DNA of 64,000 nucleotides from a virus. A model generated the notes under the pieces. The model did no database searches and was not told the DNA's origin. It saw only the letters and a list, made by a program, of their open reading frames with translations. Shown here piece by piece: positions 19,286 through 29,000 of the stretch. The position numbers were made by a program, and so were the translations under genes. The DNA is taken from positions 1 to 64,000 of IMG/VR virus record IMGVR_UViG_3300021185_001461. The stretch is one strand, 5' to 3'. The first letter of the stretch is position 1. Each line of letters begins with the position of its first letter.

Positions 19286-20161
19286 TTACTTAAATATTAC
19301 AGGTTTATAATTATCTACTGCTTCTGAATAATCAAATGCAGTTCTCCATAACTGTCTATCTTTGTTTTTAACTGCTGATCTTCTATGACTTGTAGTTAAT
19401 TGATCCATGAATAATAAGTCGCCTTCGCGGAATACATGATGAAACATATATCTTGATTGTGTAATAACATCATATAATTTATCTTTAAATTCAGCAAAAT
19501 TTTCTAATTCTGTGCCATCTTTGTACCATGCATTAAACAAATATATAAACATAGGATAAAAATATTCTCTGCCACTTACAGGGTGTTTAGCAATTAACGG
19601 TCGTCTGTCTATCTCTTCTTGGTAATGCTCTTGTCCTAATCTAAACTGATCTTCTTTACCTGCAGTTTGATATGCTTTAGAATAAACTCCATCATCTCTC
19701 CAAATTGATCGTGCAACTCCACGTGTATTATCCAAGTGAATATCTATGTTACGATAATAGTCTTTTTCTTCCTCTGGTAAGTCTTCAAACGCTTTGCACT
19801 GGTCAACTATTGATAATACTGTATCAACACATTCTGTTTCACAATATAATCCTACACAAATTTCAGTAAAATTATATCTACCAGTACCATTTGCATGCCA
19901 CTCTAGTTCAGTAGGACCAAACATACCAATAGCTTTACCGTTTTCATCAATTGCTCCTGATACAATACTAATTTGTGGACTATCTTTTGGATTCATAAAG
20001 TAATCTAGTTCTTCTACTTTACCCATTTTAGAACATGCATATGCTAATTCTTGTCTAGTTAAATTTTGATCATGTAATACTGCTGATCCATCGTTTACAA
20101 TTTTATTTACTAAATGAGCAAACTCTTCATCTGTGTATTCTAATATACTTTTATGTTTCAT
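19286..20161 (-). CDS. TauD/TfdA-family dioxygenase-like protein
   Basis: LEWHANG, HPVSGR, GDLLFMDQ..TSHRR, RQLWR. Confidence 0.85.
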   Translation of the reverse strand: MKHKSILEYTDEEFAHLVNKIVNDGSAVLHDQNLTRQELAYACSKMGKVEELDYFMNPKDSPQISIVSGAIDENGKAIGMFGPTELEWHANGTGRYNFTEICVGLYCETECVDTVLSIVDQCKAFEDLPEEEKDYYRNIDIHLDNTRGVARSIWRDDGVYSKAYQTAGKEDQFRLGQEHYQEEIDRRPLIAKHPVSGREYFYPMFIYLFNAWYKDGTELENFAEFKDKLYDVITQSRYMFHHVFREGDLLFMDQLTTSHRRSAVKNKDRQLWRTAFDYSEAVDNYKPVIFK

Positions 20162-20910
20162 AGTTTTTCCTCAATCATATCTTTAAATGTATGTATATCT
20201 ACCTCTTTTGGTAAATTTATCCACCTAGTTACCCAAGCCACTCTTGGTGCTTCCTGAACTGTAACTCTATGCATTGTGTTTGTATCTATTATTAATGGCC
20301 TATCTATTACAAATTGAGCAATTAATCTTTCTTGTAAAAATTCTTCATAGCCTTCGTGTGTTCTGTTTTTAAATTCGTGATAGTAAAATTCGTTATGACA
20401 ATTAACTTCTGGCATTTGTACTTCATCTTCATTTGTTTGAAAATATTCAATTGTGCTTTTACCATGTACTGGTATTACTATATTAAAGTAATGTGGATGC
20501 TCTTGATCAAAATCAAGATCTGAATGAGCATATAAATCATCTTCAGTACTTGTACTTAAATTAAATCCAGTTGAACGCTTTTGTATGTGTGGGTGAAATT
20601 CTCTGTGTGGAGCTAGTATTGGTTCAAAGTGTTCAAGATATTCAGTGTCGCCACCTTTTTTATGTTCTAGAGCAAAACTATGCCATTTTGTTTTACCAAA
20701 TGAATTAAACTTTCCATCACAAAACTTGTATAATTCTTTAAGTAAATCTGTGTGCGGTTCTACATCAACATACACAGCTAAATCTTTTATACTATTTCTT
20801 GTAAATTCTTTCCATATAGCTTCTTCTTTTATGCTATCTTTTTCAATGTCGTCTAATCCCAATCCTGCTCTACTGGTTTTTATTTTATTATCTATCATTT
20901 TCTTCTCCAT
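20158..20910 (-). CDS. Fe(II)/2OG oxygenase-like (DSBH) protein
   Basis: HSD...NIVIPV...IDTNTMHRV...PR. Confidence 0.7.
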   Translation of the reverse strand: MEKKMIDNKIKTSRAGLGLDDIEKDSIKEEAIWKEFTRNSIKDLAVYVDVEPHTDLLKELYKFCDGKFNSFGKTKWHSFALEHKKGGDTEYLEHFEPILAPHREFHPHIQKRSTGFNLSTSTEDDLYAHSDLDFDQEHPHYFNIVIPVHGKSTIEYFQTNEDEVQMPEVNCHNEFYYHEFKNRTHEGYEEFLQERLIAQFVIDRPLIIDTNTMHRVTVQEAPRVAWVTRWINLPKEVDIHTFKDMIEEKL

Positions 20911-21838
20911 TACTATTTATTAAACTGGTTATACATATTCTAGCATCGTCATTCCAACGCATGCGTCTTCGTCTTCTATAAAACGAGTCTCTGGTTGTTG
21001 CTAAGAAAAAACAATCCGATGGTTTAAAATTATATTCATTACAAATTTTTATTTGTTGTTCTCTGTGTTTTTTCCACATCTCATCCACTGCAAAATTCTT
21101 TATTATTAATTCTATTGTTTTTACTCCACTGTAATTCCAATTTTCAAACTCTTTTAATAGTTGTAATGTTGGATGAGGTTCTTTAGTATATACTAATCCT
21201 AGACGTTGTCCTACTAATCCAAAGCCTTTACTAAAACTAAAAAATACTTGCTCGGTATTTATTGGAACATCTATTTTTTGTATGTCAGTGGAACTAACAT
21301 ATGTACAGTCTAATATAACAGGTGCTTGTATATTTCCTAAATTAAAATAATTTCCATCTGCGGCACTTGGTATACTAATGTAAAGAGGTTTGCTAGAATC
21401 AATATTTCCTGGTAACGCTGAACGCCCTGTTTCTTCGTTCATATACTGTCCTGGTACATCACAAGTAACAGATCCTTTAGAACCTATCATATCTCTATAT
21501 TCATATTCACCATAACATAATTTCTGCCATGGTCTTTTATCTGTCATTTCCCAATGATGTATGGCATCTGTTGCACCATTAACAAAATAACAATGCTTAA
21601 AATCTTTTAGATCTATAATTTCTTTAACCCATTCTCTATGAGCAGACTCAACTGCATCTAAATCACGTGTTGCTTCTCCGCTACCTCTTTTGTAATATGT
21701 ATCTGATGTGCGTTGGCTTTTTAGTATGTTCATAACATCTTTGTGACAGGGCACATCTACCCATGCATTTTTTCTTAACTCTTTTTTTACTGAGTCTGAT
21801 TGCATTATTCTATTTCCTAAAATATGTTTTTTCATCAA
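20888..21838 (-). CDS. PLP-dependent class I/II aminotransferase-fold enzyme
   Basis: NGATDAI, ILDCTY, SFSKGFGLVGQRLG (Schiff-base Lys). Confidence 0.85.
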   Translation of the reverse strand: MMKKHILGNRIMQSDSVKKELRKNAWVDVPCHKDVMNILKSQRTSDTYYKRGSGEATRDLDAVESAHREWVKEIIDLKDFKHCYFVNGATDAIHHWEMTDKRPWQKLCYGEYEYRDMIGSKGSVTCDVPGQYMNEETGRSALPGNIDSSKPLYISIPSAADGNYFNLGNIQAPVILDCTYVSSTDIQKIDVPINTEQVFFSFSKGFGLVGQRLGLVYTKEPHPTLQLLKEFENWNYSGVKTIELIIKNFAVDEMWKKHREQQIKICNEYNFKPSDCFFLATTRDSFYRRRRRMRWNDDARICITSLINSNGEENDR

Positions 21839-22277
21839 ATGATTTATTTAAACCAAACACAACTAAATCACCTACTCCTTGTATATCATGCATAAATTCT
21901 GTATGATATAAACACATAGCATTTTTATTATTAAGAATACGAGATTCTAGTACTTCTTTGGTTTCTTTATCATGCATAGTAACGGTTAATTCTCCTCGAG
22001 GACAAAAGAACACAACTGCATTTTCAATAGATCCAGTATCTACATGAGGGCCTAAATCATCAACAAATCCCTCATAGTAATCCCATACACCCATATATTC
22101 TATAGGACCAACATATTCTTCTATTGCATTTCTTAGATCAAGTGTTTCTTTAGAGAATGTTTCTCTCTCATAAATTGCCCACCATTTTTCATTATTTTCT
22201 TTATTTGCATCAAGGAATGGTACTAGATTATATTGATCTACGTCCATGTCCCATGTACGACACCAGTTATATGTCAT
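21810..22277 (-). CDS. Cupin/2OG-oxygenase-like protein
   Basis: PHVD...HTEFMHDIQG. Confidence 0.6.
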   Translation of the reverse strand: MTYNWCRTWDMDVDQYNLVPFLDANKENNEKWWAIYERETFSKETLDLRNAIEEYVGPIEYMGVWDYYEGFVDDLGPHVDTGSIENAVVFFCPRGELTVTMHDKETKEVLESRILNNKNAMCLYHTEFMHDIQGVGDLVVFGLNKSFDEKTYFRK

Positions 22278-22836
22278 TAAAATACTCCTCTATGTTTAAT
22301 TGTTTACTAGTTGTAAACACTATAAGATCACCTTGACCTTCTACTGAATGTGGAAATACAGTATTGTTTAATGCAACTAGTTTAGTATCATCTATATTTA
22401 TTGTATTTATTATAGGTGAATCAGCCTTATCTTCTTCATGTAAATGTAATTTAAAACTGCCAGATATACATGTAACTATAGAACCTGTATGTTCTCCGCC
22501 AACATCTATGTGTACTGGACAATGTTTAAAGTTTTCATCATACCTCCATATAGCAAGAACAGGCGGGTTGTCTTCTAATTGTGACTTAGTAATATGTGTT
22601 ACTAGCTCTCTAACATTAGATAGTTTATCATTTGCTCCACCATCATCTAATCTTACTCTATTACTTCCAGTAGCCACAGCTTCATTTGATCCTAAAGGTG
22701 GAATAACCCACATCTTAGAATCTACCACAGACTTATAAGTATTAAAGGGTTCGTAATCATATGTTTTAGTATAACGGTCAGCAACCAACTTTAGGTTTTC
22801 TGGCATACTAACTTTAAATTCTTTAGCCCAGATCAT
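22267..22836 (-). CDS. Cupin/2OG-oxygenase-like protein
   Basis: VHID...NNTVFPHSVEG; paralogue of 21810..22277. Confidence 0.6.
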   Translation of the reverse strand: MIWAKEFKVSMPENLKLVADRYTKTYDYEPFNTYKSVVDSKMWVIPPLGSNEAVATGSNRVRLDDGGANDKLSNVRELVTHITKSQLEDNPPVLAIWRYDENFKHCPVHIDVGGEHTGSIVTCISGSFKLHLHEEDKADSPIINTINIDDTKLVALNNTVFPHSVEGQGDLIVFTTSKQLNIEEYFNDI

Positions 22837-23521
22837 TGAGAGTACTCTCTACTTTGTTTTTAAATGTTTGAAAATCTGATAACTCTGGTGGAATATTAAC
22901 CCACCTTGTTACAAACGCACACCTAGGTGCTTCTGTAATAACAACTCTATGCATTATTTCTGTATCAATAAAACATGGCTTATCAATTATAATTTCACCT
23001 ATTTTTCTATCTGCAAGGAACTTTTCATATTCAGGAGATCCTTGTCCCATTTTTGCTTGAGCTTTAAATTCGTGATAGTAATAATATCCTTGAGCATTAT
23101 GTTCTGGAAGAAATACTTCATCTGGATTAGTTTCATAATAATCTAATCTACTGCTACCAAACACAGGATAGATAATATTATACCCTTGACTATATTTTTG
23201 ATTTTGGTCAATATCAGTATGTGGGAACACATCTTTCTCTGTAGTATTTGCCGTATTAAATCCTGTTGACCTAAATTGATAATGTGGATGAACTTTTCTA
23301 TGTTGAGAAAGAATTGGATCAAACACTTCTTCATATCCTGTTAATAAACTTTCTCTGCCTTCTTTGGGATATGCATATTCTAGAGAATAACTCTCAAATG
23401 GTGTTTTTCCAAATACATTAAAATCTTCTCCAGGCAAACTACCTTTTACTTTTTTATATAACTCAAGTAAAAGGTCTATTTGTGGATTAACATCTAAATA
23501 TTCAGCAATGTTAGGTATCAT
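22823..23521 (-). CDS. Fe(II)/2OG oxygenase-like (DSBH) protein
   Basis: PHTD...NIIYPV...IDTEIMHRV...PR; paralogue of 20158..20910. Confidence 0.7.
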   Translation of the reverse strand: MIPNIAEYLDVNPQIDLLLELYKKVKGSLPGEDFNVFGKTPFESYSLEYAYPKEGRESLLTGYEEVFDPILSQHRKVHPHYQFRSTGFNTANTTEKDVFPHTDIDQNQKYSQGYNIIYPVFGSSRLDYYETNPDEVFLPEHNAQGYYYYHEFKAQAKMGQGSPEYEKFLADRKIGEIIIDKPCFIDTEIMHRVVITEAPRCAFVTRWVNIPPELSDFQTFKNKVESTLNDLG

Positions 23522-23924
23522 TTAATGCGCCTTCCACAAACGGATCTTTAAATTCTTTAACAAATTCTCCATCTTGTAAAAGTATCGCAAAACGCTTACA
23601 ACGGATTCCCATTGTTTCGCCATAGTCTACATCTTTACCAATGCTTTTGCTAAAAACTGCTAACGGGTCTGCAACGGCATCAATGTCTTTATGTCCATGT
23701 AAGTTATTCCATGCATCCATTACGCTAGGATCATTTACTCCAACAAAAACAACTTTACAACCTAATTTTTCTAAATTATTTGCATAACCTGGCAAATGTT
23801 TGTTTGTACAACCAGATGTAAATGCACCCGGTACTCCACACACAATAACTTTACCTTGTGGTATTTCATATGGTTTATAATCATTATCTTTAAATATGTA
23901 TAAACCTTTATTATTAATTTCCAT
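23511..23924 (-). CDS. Peroxiredoxin (Prx5/type II redoxin)
   Basis: VPGAFTSGCT.KHLPGY, VND..VMDAW, G.RCKRFA. Confidence 0.9.
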   Translation of the reverse strand: MEINNKGLYIFKDNDYKPYEIPQGKVIVCGVPGAFTSGCTNKHLPGYANNLEKLGCKVVFVGVNDPSVMDAWNNLHGHKDIDAVADPLAVFSKSIGKDVDYGETMGIRCKRFAILLQDGEFVKEFKDPFVEGALNDT

Positions 23925-23943
23925 AATTTACTCCTTTGTATTG

Positions 23944-25500
23944 TTATATTAAACTAAATGGCATTGGTTCCATACCATCATTGTCATCAAAATCTTCATT
24001 TAAATATTCAAATGCATCTTCTTCGTATTTTGATACTTCTAAACTCATACGCACAATTAAGTTAAGCGCCATTACAAGATCATCATTTTCTCCATCTTTG
24101 GCTGCATAACTATTACCACGTGCAATAAATGTTTTTAATTCTCTTAGCAATGGCTTACTTGCTACTTCTAATTTCTCTGTTTCAACCCAGTATTTTAGTT
24201 TACTACATGCATTTATTTTTGCTTTGTGTGTAGTTGTAAAGCCTCGTCTATAGCGTTTGGCATTTCCATGTTGTCTTGTTTCACTTAAAAACGTACCTGG
24301 AAAATTTTCTTCTCCAGTTTCTTCTACAACAACTAATGCTGCCTCACCAAGTGTATTGTTTTCCATACTGTAATATATTTCGCAATCACCTTGTGTTTCA
24401 CTTTCTATAAACTGTGCTATTTCTCGCAAAATTTTTATCTGCCCTTGAACTGTTGTTCTATTGTGCATCCATTCTGCTACTTGTTTCATGCCTGGCATTT
24501 GATAAACTTGAATAGCACTGTTATCTCCACCTGTACCTAAACTAGGATCTAATCCTATCATATATAATTTACCCTTAGCAACTGGTGTGTACCAACGTAC
24601 TTGTCCTGATATAGCGTATGGATCCCGAGCTTCCATGTTACTTAGTTTAATACTATCAATAAGTGTTTCGTCAAACGCAATAAATTCACATTTGTGTTCA
24701 CGCCTAAATCTTTCTTCACCAATTTTACCTTGTTCAACATCTGCCCATTCTTGATCTCTATCTGGATGTACTTCCCATGTAGCAAGATAATGTGCAAATC
24801 CATTAATACCTTCATTTGTTTCATTACCAAATTCGTCTTGATTCTTTTGTGCATCTCTCCAAATTTGTGCAAATTGATCATCGTCCATATTTGGTGTTGA
24901 TGTAATAATACATTTACCACCTGTTGCTAATGTAGGTGAAAGTGAAGTCCAAAACTCTTTGGCTATGTTTGGTCTAACAAATGCAAACTCGTCTAAGTAT
25001 GCTAACGATATAGACAAACCACGTCCAGTATTTTCTGTTGTACTCTGTGCTACAATACGAGAACCGTTATCAAATTCCAACGATCCTTTGTTATATGCAG
25101 TAACACCAGCTCTAATAAAATCAGGTAGTGTTTCGTATGCAAAACGTATACGTTGCATAATTTCACTAGCACCTGAATATTTGTGTGCCGCTATAAGAAT
25201 AGTTTGATCTGGATTAAACATTGCATACCATAACAAATAACCTGCCGCACAGGTACTTTTACCTGTTTGTCGTGCAAGCATACTAATACTGTATCTGTTA
25301 TTATGATATGTATCAACTAGCTCTTCTTGGAAATCATATAGTGCAAACTTCATACGACCTTGTGTAGGATGCTGAATATAACAGTGTTCCTTCATAAAGT
25401 GTTTAGGATCTTGTGAACATAGTGCAAGTTCTAACAACTGCTCTTCAGTGTATTTTTCTTTTCTATATGGGGTTTTAGTTAATTTTGTATCTACTGCCAT
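23944..25500 (-). CDS. gp17: Terminase large subunit (T4 gp17-like)
   Basis: ARQTGKST, YLDEFAF, ITSTPN, GLDPS, DDLVMA. Confidence 0.96.
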   Translation of the reverse strand: MAVDTKLTKTPYRKEKYTEEQLLELALCSQDPKHFMKEHCYIQHPTQGRMKFALYDFQEELVDTYHNNRYSISMLARQTGKSTCAAGYLLWYAMFNPDQTILIAAHKYSGASEIMQRIRFAYETLPDFIRAGVTAYNKGSLEFDNGSRIVAQSTTENTGRGLSISLAYLDEFAFVRPNIAKEFWTSLSPTLATGGKCIITSTPNMDDDQFAQIWRDAQKNQDEFGNETNEGINGFAHYLATWEVHPDRDQEWADVEQGKIGEERFRREHKCEFIAFDETLIDSIKLSNMEARDPYAISGQVRWYTPVAKGKLYMIGLDPSLGTGGDNSAIQVYQMPGMKQVAEWMHNRTTVQGQIKILREIAQFIESETQGDCEIYYSMENNTLGEAALVVVEETGEENFPGTFLSETRQHGNAKRYRRGFTTTHKAKINACSKLKYWVETEKLEVASKPLLRELKTFIARGNSYAAKDGENDDLVMALNLIVRMSLEVSKYEEDAFEYLNEDFDDNDGMEPMPFSLI

Positions 25501-25545
25501 TTGGGTTCCATTGTAATATATTTATACATTACTATTTATGTATAG

Positions 25546-26247
25546 TTATAACTGCCCAAATGCCCATTTACGTTCTTGACACCACCAGCATTCGCCACAA
25601 TGCTCATCTTTTGGATCAGTAAGTAATTCTCCATTAACTTCAAATCCTTCGTGCCATTCACAACTTCTTGTATGTGTAAACAAGGTATCTGTTAAATCAA
25701 AGTGCTTATACAAGTGTGCTATCATGCGTTTATCTACATTTATAAAAGGAACCCAAGTTGTAGTATCGTTATTATCATACATTACTGGTCTCCCATGTCC
25801 TGGATCACGTGGTTTATAACTTTCTAAACTAAATGCATCTCTAACTTCAAGTGGTGGGTTTTGTGTAGTTCCATGTAAAATAAATGTTATTCCAGATAAA
25901 TCTTTTTGTATTTGTTCTGCTTCAGTAATCTCAGATCTAATCTGATCTGTACTATAAAATGTGTAATGATTTTTAATTAATGTTGTGCCTGTATCCTGGA
26001 GTACTTTGTTGAGTACCCTAGTACTCCAGGTAGCATTATACCAGCCCTTAATAGGATTAGCTGATGTTATAACATATATTTCAGCTTCTGGTATATGTTT
26101 TTCACAGTATTGTATTAGCATCCATAATAGTATGGCACTATCTGCACCACCCGAGATGTTAATACAAATCTTTTTATGAGGGTCAGGAATTATAAATTCG
26201 ATAGTTTGACCAAAACTATCTGTATACGTTTCTAATGGTCTTTCCAT
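25546..26247 (-). CDS. QueC-like PP-loop ATPase
   Basis: SGGADS PP-loop; TRSC...HCGECWWCQER Zn cluster. Confidence 0.7.
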   Translation of the reverse strand: MERPLETYTDSFGQTIEFIIPDPHKKICINISGGADSAILLWMLIQYCEKHIPEAEIYVITSANPIKGWYNATWSTRVLNKVLQDTGTTLIKNHYTFYSTDQIRSEITEAEQIQKDLSGITFILHGTTQNPPLEVRDAFSLESYKPRDPGHGRPVMYDNNDTTTWVPFINVDKRMIAHLYKHFDLTDTLFTHTRSCEWHEGFEVNGELLTDPKDEHCGECWWCQERKWAFGQL

Positions 26248-26334
26248 TTTCTATACTCCATGTTAAATGTGTATAGTCTTTCTCAAGGATTCACATATAC
26301 GTCTTGCTACTATTATTTACTCAATTAAGTAACG

Positions 26335-26372
26335 AAAAAACGGTGCAGTTAATAAAAACTACACCGCTTTAG
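26335..26372 (-). terminator. Probable terminator
   Basis: CGGTG(C)AGTT...AACT(A)CACCG hairpin; the flanking A-run gives a U-tract on the minus strand. Confidence 0.6.
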
Positions 26373-26399
26373 TTTCACCTGGGAGGAAACGTGAACTTT

Positions 26400-27245
26400 T
26401 TAAATTTTTAAAACTGCTTCTTCTTCTACTGATTCATCTGTGTAAAGAGAATTTTCAATTTCGTCTGATACTTGCCTTGCAAGACCAGAGGCTTTTTGTA
26501 TGCTTTTTACTGCATCGTCCATACTATTTTGCACACCTGCCAATGCATCATGCATATCGCCTTTGTCTGACATATCGTATTGATATGGAGCTTCTGTAAT
26601 GCCAGATAGTTCTCTTAATCTGCGTACTTCTGATTCGTAGTATTCTTCAGAATCTGCTTCAAGATCACTTATTTCAAAATCTTCTGGTTTTATTGTTGCT
26701 TCTGGCTTTACATTGCCATTTTCGTCTTTGTGCCAATCGTTAATTTCCGGCCAATCAACTTCGCCGTCATTCATTGCATTGCCCATATAATCATAATCTG
26801 GCGAACCATCTGTAAATGTCATACCATCAAGTAATCCATGAGGCATATCGTCTACTAAATTCTCTTTAACTGGAGTTAGTGATTCAAACATGTCTGCGTA
26901 TTCGCCCTGGGCAAATTTAATATCTTCACCTGGGAATAACATATTATATAATGCAGGATCTTGTGATATTGAAACTTGAAAATAAAATATTAAACTATCT
27001 CTTGCTTCAGTATCCATATAGTCTGGTTGCATCATGTCTACAACCTCTACATCACCAGCATCCATCATATCATCTAAATGTTCAATAAATTCTCTTGCTT
27101 CACTAGGATCTTCTTGAGCGTGTCTCACCATTGCCGCTTTAACGTTTTTAATGTGAGGTAAAAGTTGAGCGTGTGTAACATCACTTCTATCTGCTTCTTT
27201 AATACCAGATAGTTCTCTTAATCTGCTAAGGTCCTTGTAATTCAT
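26400..27245 (-). CDS. Acidic protein with two RLRELSGI motifs, probable internal head protein
   Basis: 281 aa; motif shared with 16422..19244. Confidence 0.6.
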   Translation of the reverse strand: MNYKDLSRLRELSGIKEADRSDVTHAQLLPHIKNVKAAMVRHAQEDPSEAREFIEHLDDMMDAGDVEVVDMMQPDYMDTEARDSLIFYFQVSISQDPALYNMLFPGEDIKFAQGEYADMFESLTPVKENLVDDMPHGLLDGMTFTDGSPDYDYMGNAMNDGEVDWPEINDWHKDENGNVKPEATIKPEDFEISDLEADSEEYYESEVRRLRELSGITEAPYQYDMSDKGDMHDALAGVQNSMDDAVKSIQKASGLARQVSDEIENSLYTDESVEEEAVLKI

Positions 27246-28492
27246 TACTTTTCCCCTTTAGATTTCTTATATGCTTCTTTGATATCTTCAACTTTATGTT
27301 CTTTTAAGCCTACTTTCATGTCTTCTGCGTCTAAGTATCTTTTTAAACTTAGGTTAACGCTTTGTGCATAATTCTCATATGGTTCACCATGTGATGTAGC
27401 TTCTTCTTCTGCTGCACCGGCTGGTGTGTTTGCCCATTCGTCTAATTTTGTTTTAATTTTCTCTTCGCTTAAACCTGAGTTTTTCATTAAGTTAATTAAT
27501 TGTGTTGTATCCATAGTCGGAGACTCCTCTAATTCTTCTTTGTCAGTTTCTGATTCTTCTGATTCTACTTTGTATTTTTTACCATCAACTTCAAATTCTT
27601 TTTTACCATTTTTCTTAGCATCAGCTAATGCACCTGAGAATTCATTGCCTTCATTTGGAGCTTCTTCTAATGAATCTGGAACACCGTTGCCGTCTTTGTC
27701 TTTCCACCAGCTACCTGTTTCGTCATCACAATCATGTGAACAATCTGTAGTAGGTTTGTGCATTGTGTCGCCACAGTCTTCGCATTTGTATTCTGATGCG
27801 TTTAATTTTGTTTTCTTTTTATATGCTTCGTCCATATCATCACCCATTGGTAAATCATGGTTACGTCTAAAGTCTGCAACAAAATCTTCAATTTGATCAC
27901 CACTTAAATAACGAACTAAATCATCAAATACTGGTTGACAGTCGCCTTCAAAATGCATATCAATTAAATCATAAATTGGTTCTGCAAATTCGCCAACTGC
28001 TTCAGTTGTTGTTTCCATACATGCATTTTTAACAATATCATAAACACCTTGCATTGTTGATTCGTCATCGTTGCCCATAATAGCTATAAATTCATCTTGC
28101 ATTTTATTTGTCAATGGCAAGTGCTTTTGAATTTCATAATCACCCCAATCAACATCATGTGCATGAGCATCACCGTCGTTCATGTCGCCTTTCATTTCAG
28201 CGCCTTTGCCTGGATATATAATTTCCATTGCTTTATCGGCTTCGCCTGCTTCAATTCCGTCTGTTGTAATACCTGAATCTACTTTAGCTAGTACCATTCC
28301 CATTGGTAATGGATCGCCATTCATTCCTTTATACTTGGACCATCTTTTACACCAATCTTCTAGTGCCAATTTGGCATGTGGTTTTAATTCTCTACCTGGT
28401 GCTTCTTTTAATTCTCTTTCTGCTGGAGCCGGGCTTTGAGCATCTGCTGTGCCGTGGCTAGCAAGTTTTAATATTCTGTCTAAATCACTCAT
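27245..28492 (-). CDS. Acidic modular protein, probable internal head protein
   Basis: 415 aa; LDRILKLA, LINLMKNSGL, CEDC..CSHDC module, GNEFSGAL..AK..GKKEFEVDGKKY module. Confidence 0.6.
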   Translation of the reverse strand: MSDLDRILKLASHGTADAQSPAPAERELKEAPGRELKPHAKLALEDWCKRWSKYKGMNGDPLPMGMVLAKVDSGITTDGIEAGEADKAMEIIYPGKGAEMKGDMNDGDAHAHDVDWGDYEIQKHLPLTNKMQDEFIAIMGNDDESTMQGVYDIVKNACMETTTEAVGEFAEPIYDLIDMHFEGDCQPVFDDLVRYLSGDQIEDFVADFRRNHDLPMGDDMDEAYKKKTKLNASEYKCEDCGDTMHKPTTDCSHDCDDETGSWWKDKDGNGVPDSLEEAPNEGNEFSGALADAKKNGKKEFEVDGKKYKVESEESETDKEELEESPTMDTTQLINLMKNSGLSEEKIKTKLDEWANTPAGAAEEEATSHGEPYENYAQSVNLSLKRYLDAEDMKVGLKEHKVEDIKEAYKKSKGEK

Positions 28493-28979
28493 TGCCTTTT
28501 TCCTTTTCTTTTTTTACTTTCATTAATTCTTTAATGAAACTGGAGTTATACTCGTCACCGTAATGATCTGATGCATTTACTTTTTCTGCATCTTTATATT
28601 CGCCATCAGCTAGTACGCTTTCAACACGTTCGCTCATTGGTGGAATTAATTCATCTGGTTCATGTTCGCCTTTTACTTTAAGTACACCGTCAGTTAATCC
28701 AAGCATGTTACGAATATCGTTTTGTATTTGCCAACCGCTAGCGACGATATTAGTTTCAAAATCATGTGTAAAAACTTCGTATCCTTTGTGATTTGGAAAA
28801 TCACGTGGAGCACTTTGTAAGATTGTTTTCTTTGCAGCACCGAGTCCTTTAGAGTCGTATTTACCGAGGTGCTTCTCTATGCGATCACATTGTTCATCAG
28901 TTAGATCATGTACTGTTTTAATACAAAACTTCCACGATTTTTTTGATTCGTTTAAGTATTGCGAAAATAGTTTGTTCAT
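28485..28979 (-). CDS. Hypothetical late/virion protein
   Basis: 164 aa; late promoter at ~29001-29009; N-terminal F.QYLNES. Confidence 0.6.
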   Translation of the reverse strand: MNKLFSQYLNESKKSWKFCIKTVHDLTDEQCDRIEKHLGKYDSKGLGAAKKTILQSAPRDFPNHKGYEVFTHDFETNIVASGWQIQNDIRNMLGLTDGVLKVKGEHEPDELIPPMSERVESVLADGEYKDAEKVNASDHYGDEYNSSFIKELMKVKKEKEKGNE

Positions 28980-29000
28980 TGCGGTTATCTCCTATTAATA

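Larger units (their letters stand above)
18604..27226. repeat. Dispersed identical 22-nt repeat CCAGATAGTTCTCTTAATCTGC (18604-18625, 26602-26623, 27205-27226) encoding RLRELSG
   Basis: Direct comparison; copies 1 and 3 match over 33 nt. Confidence 0.9.

Noticed and set aside
18604-27226. CRISPR array from the 22-nt identical repeats
   Set aside because: The copies are dispersed (about 0.6 and 8 kb apart), in frame within genes, with no regular spacers and no cas genes
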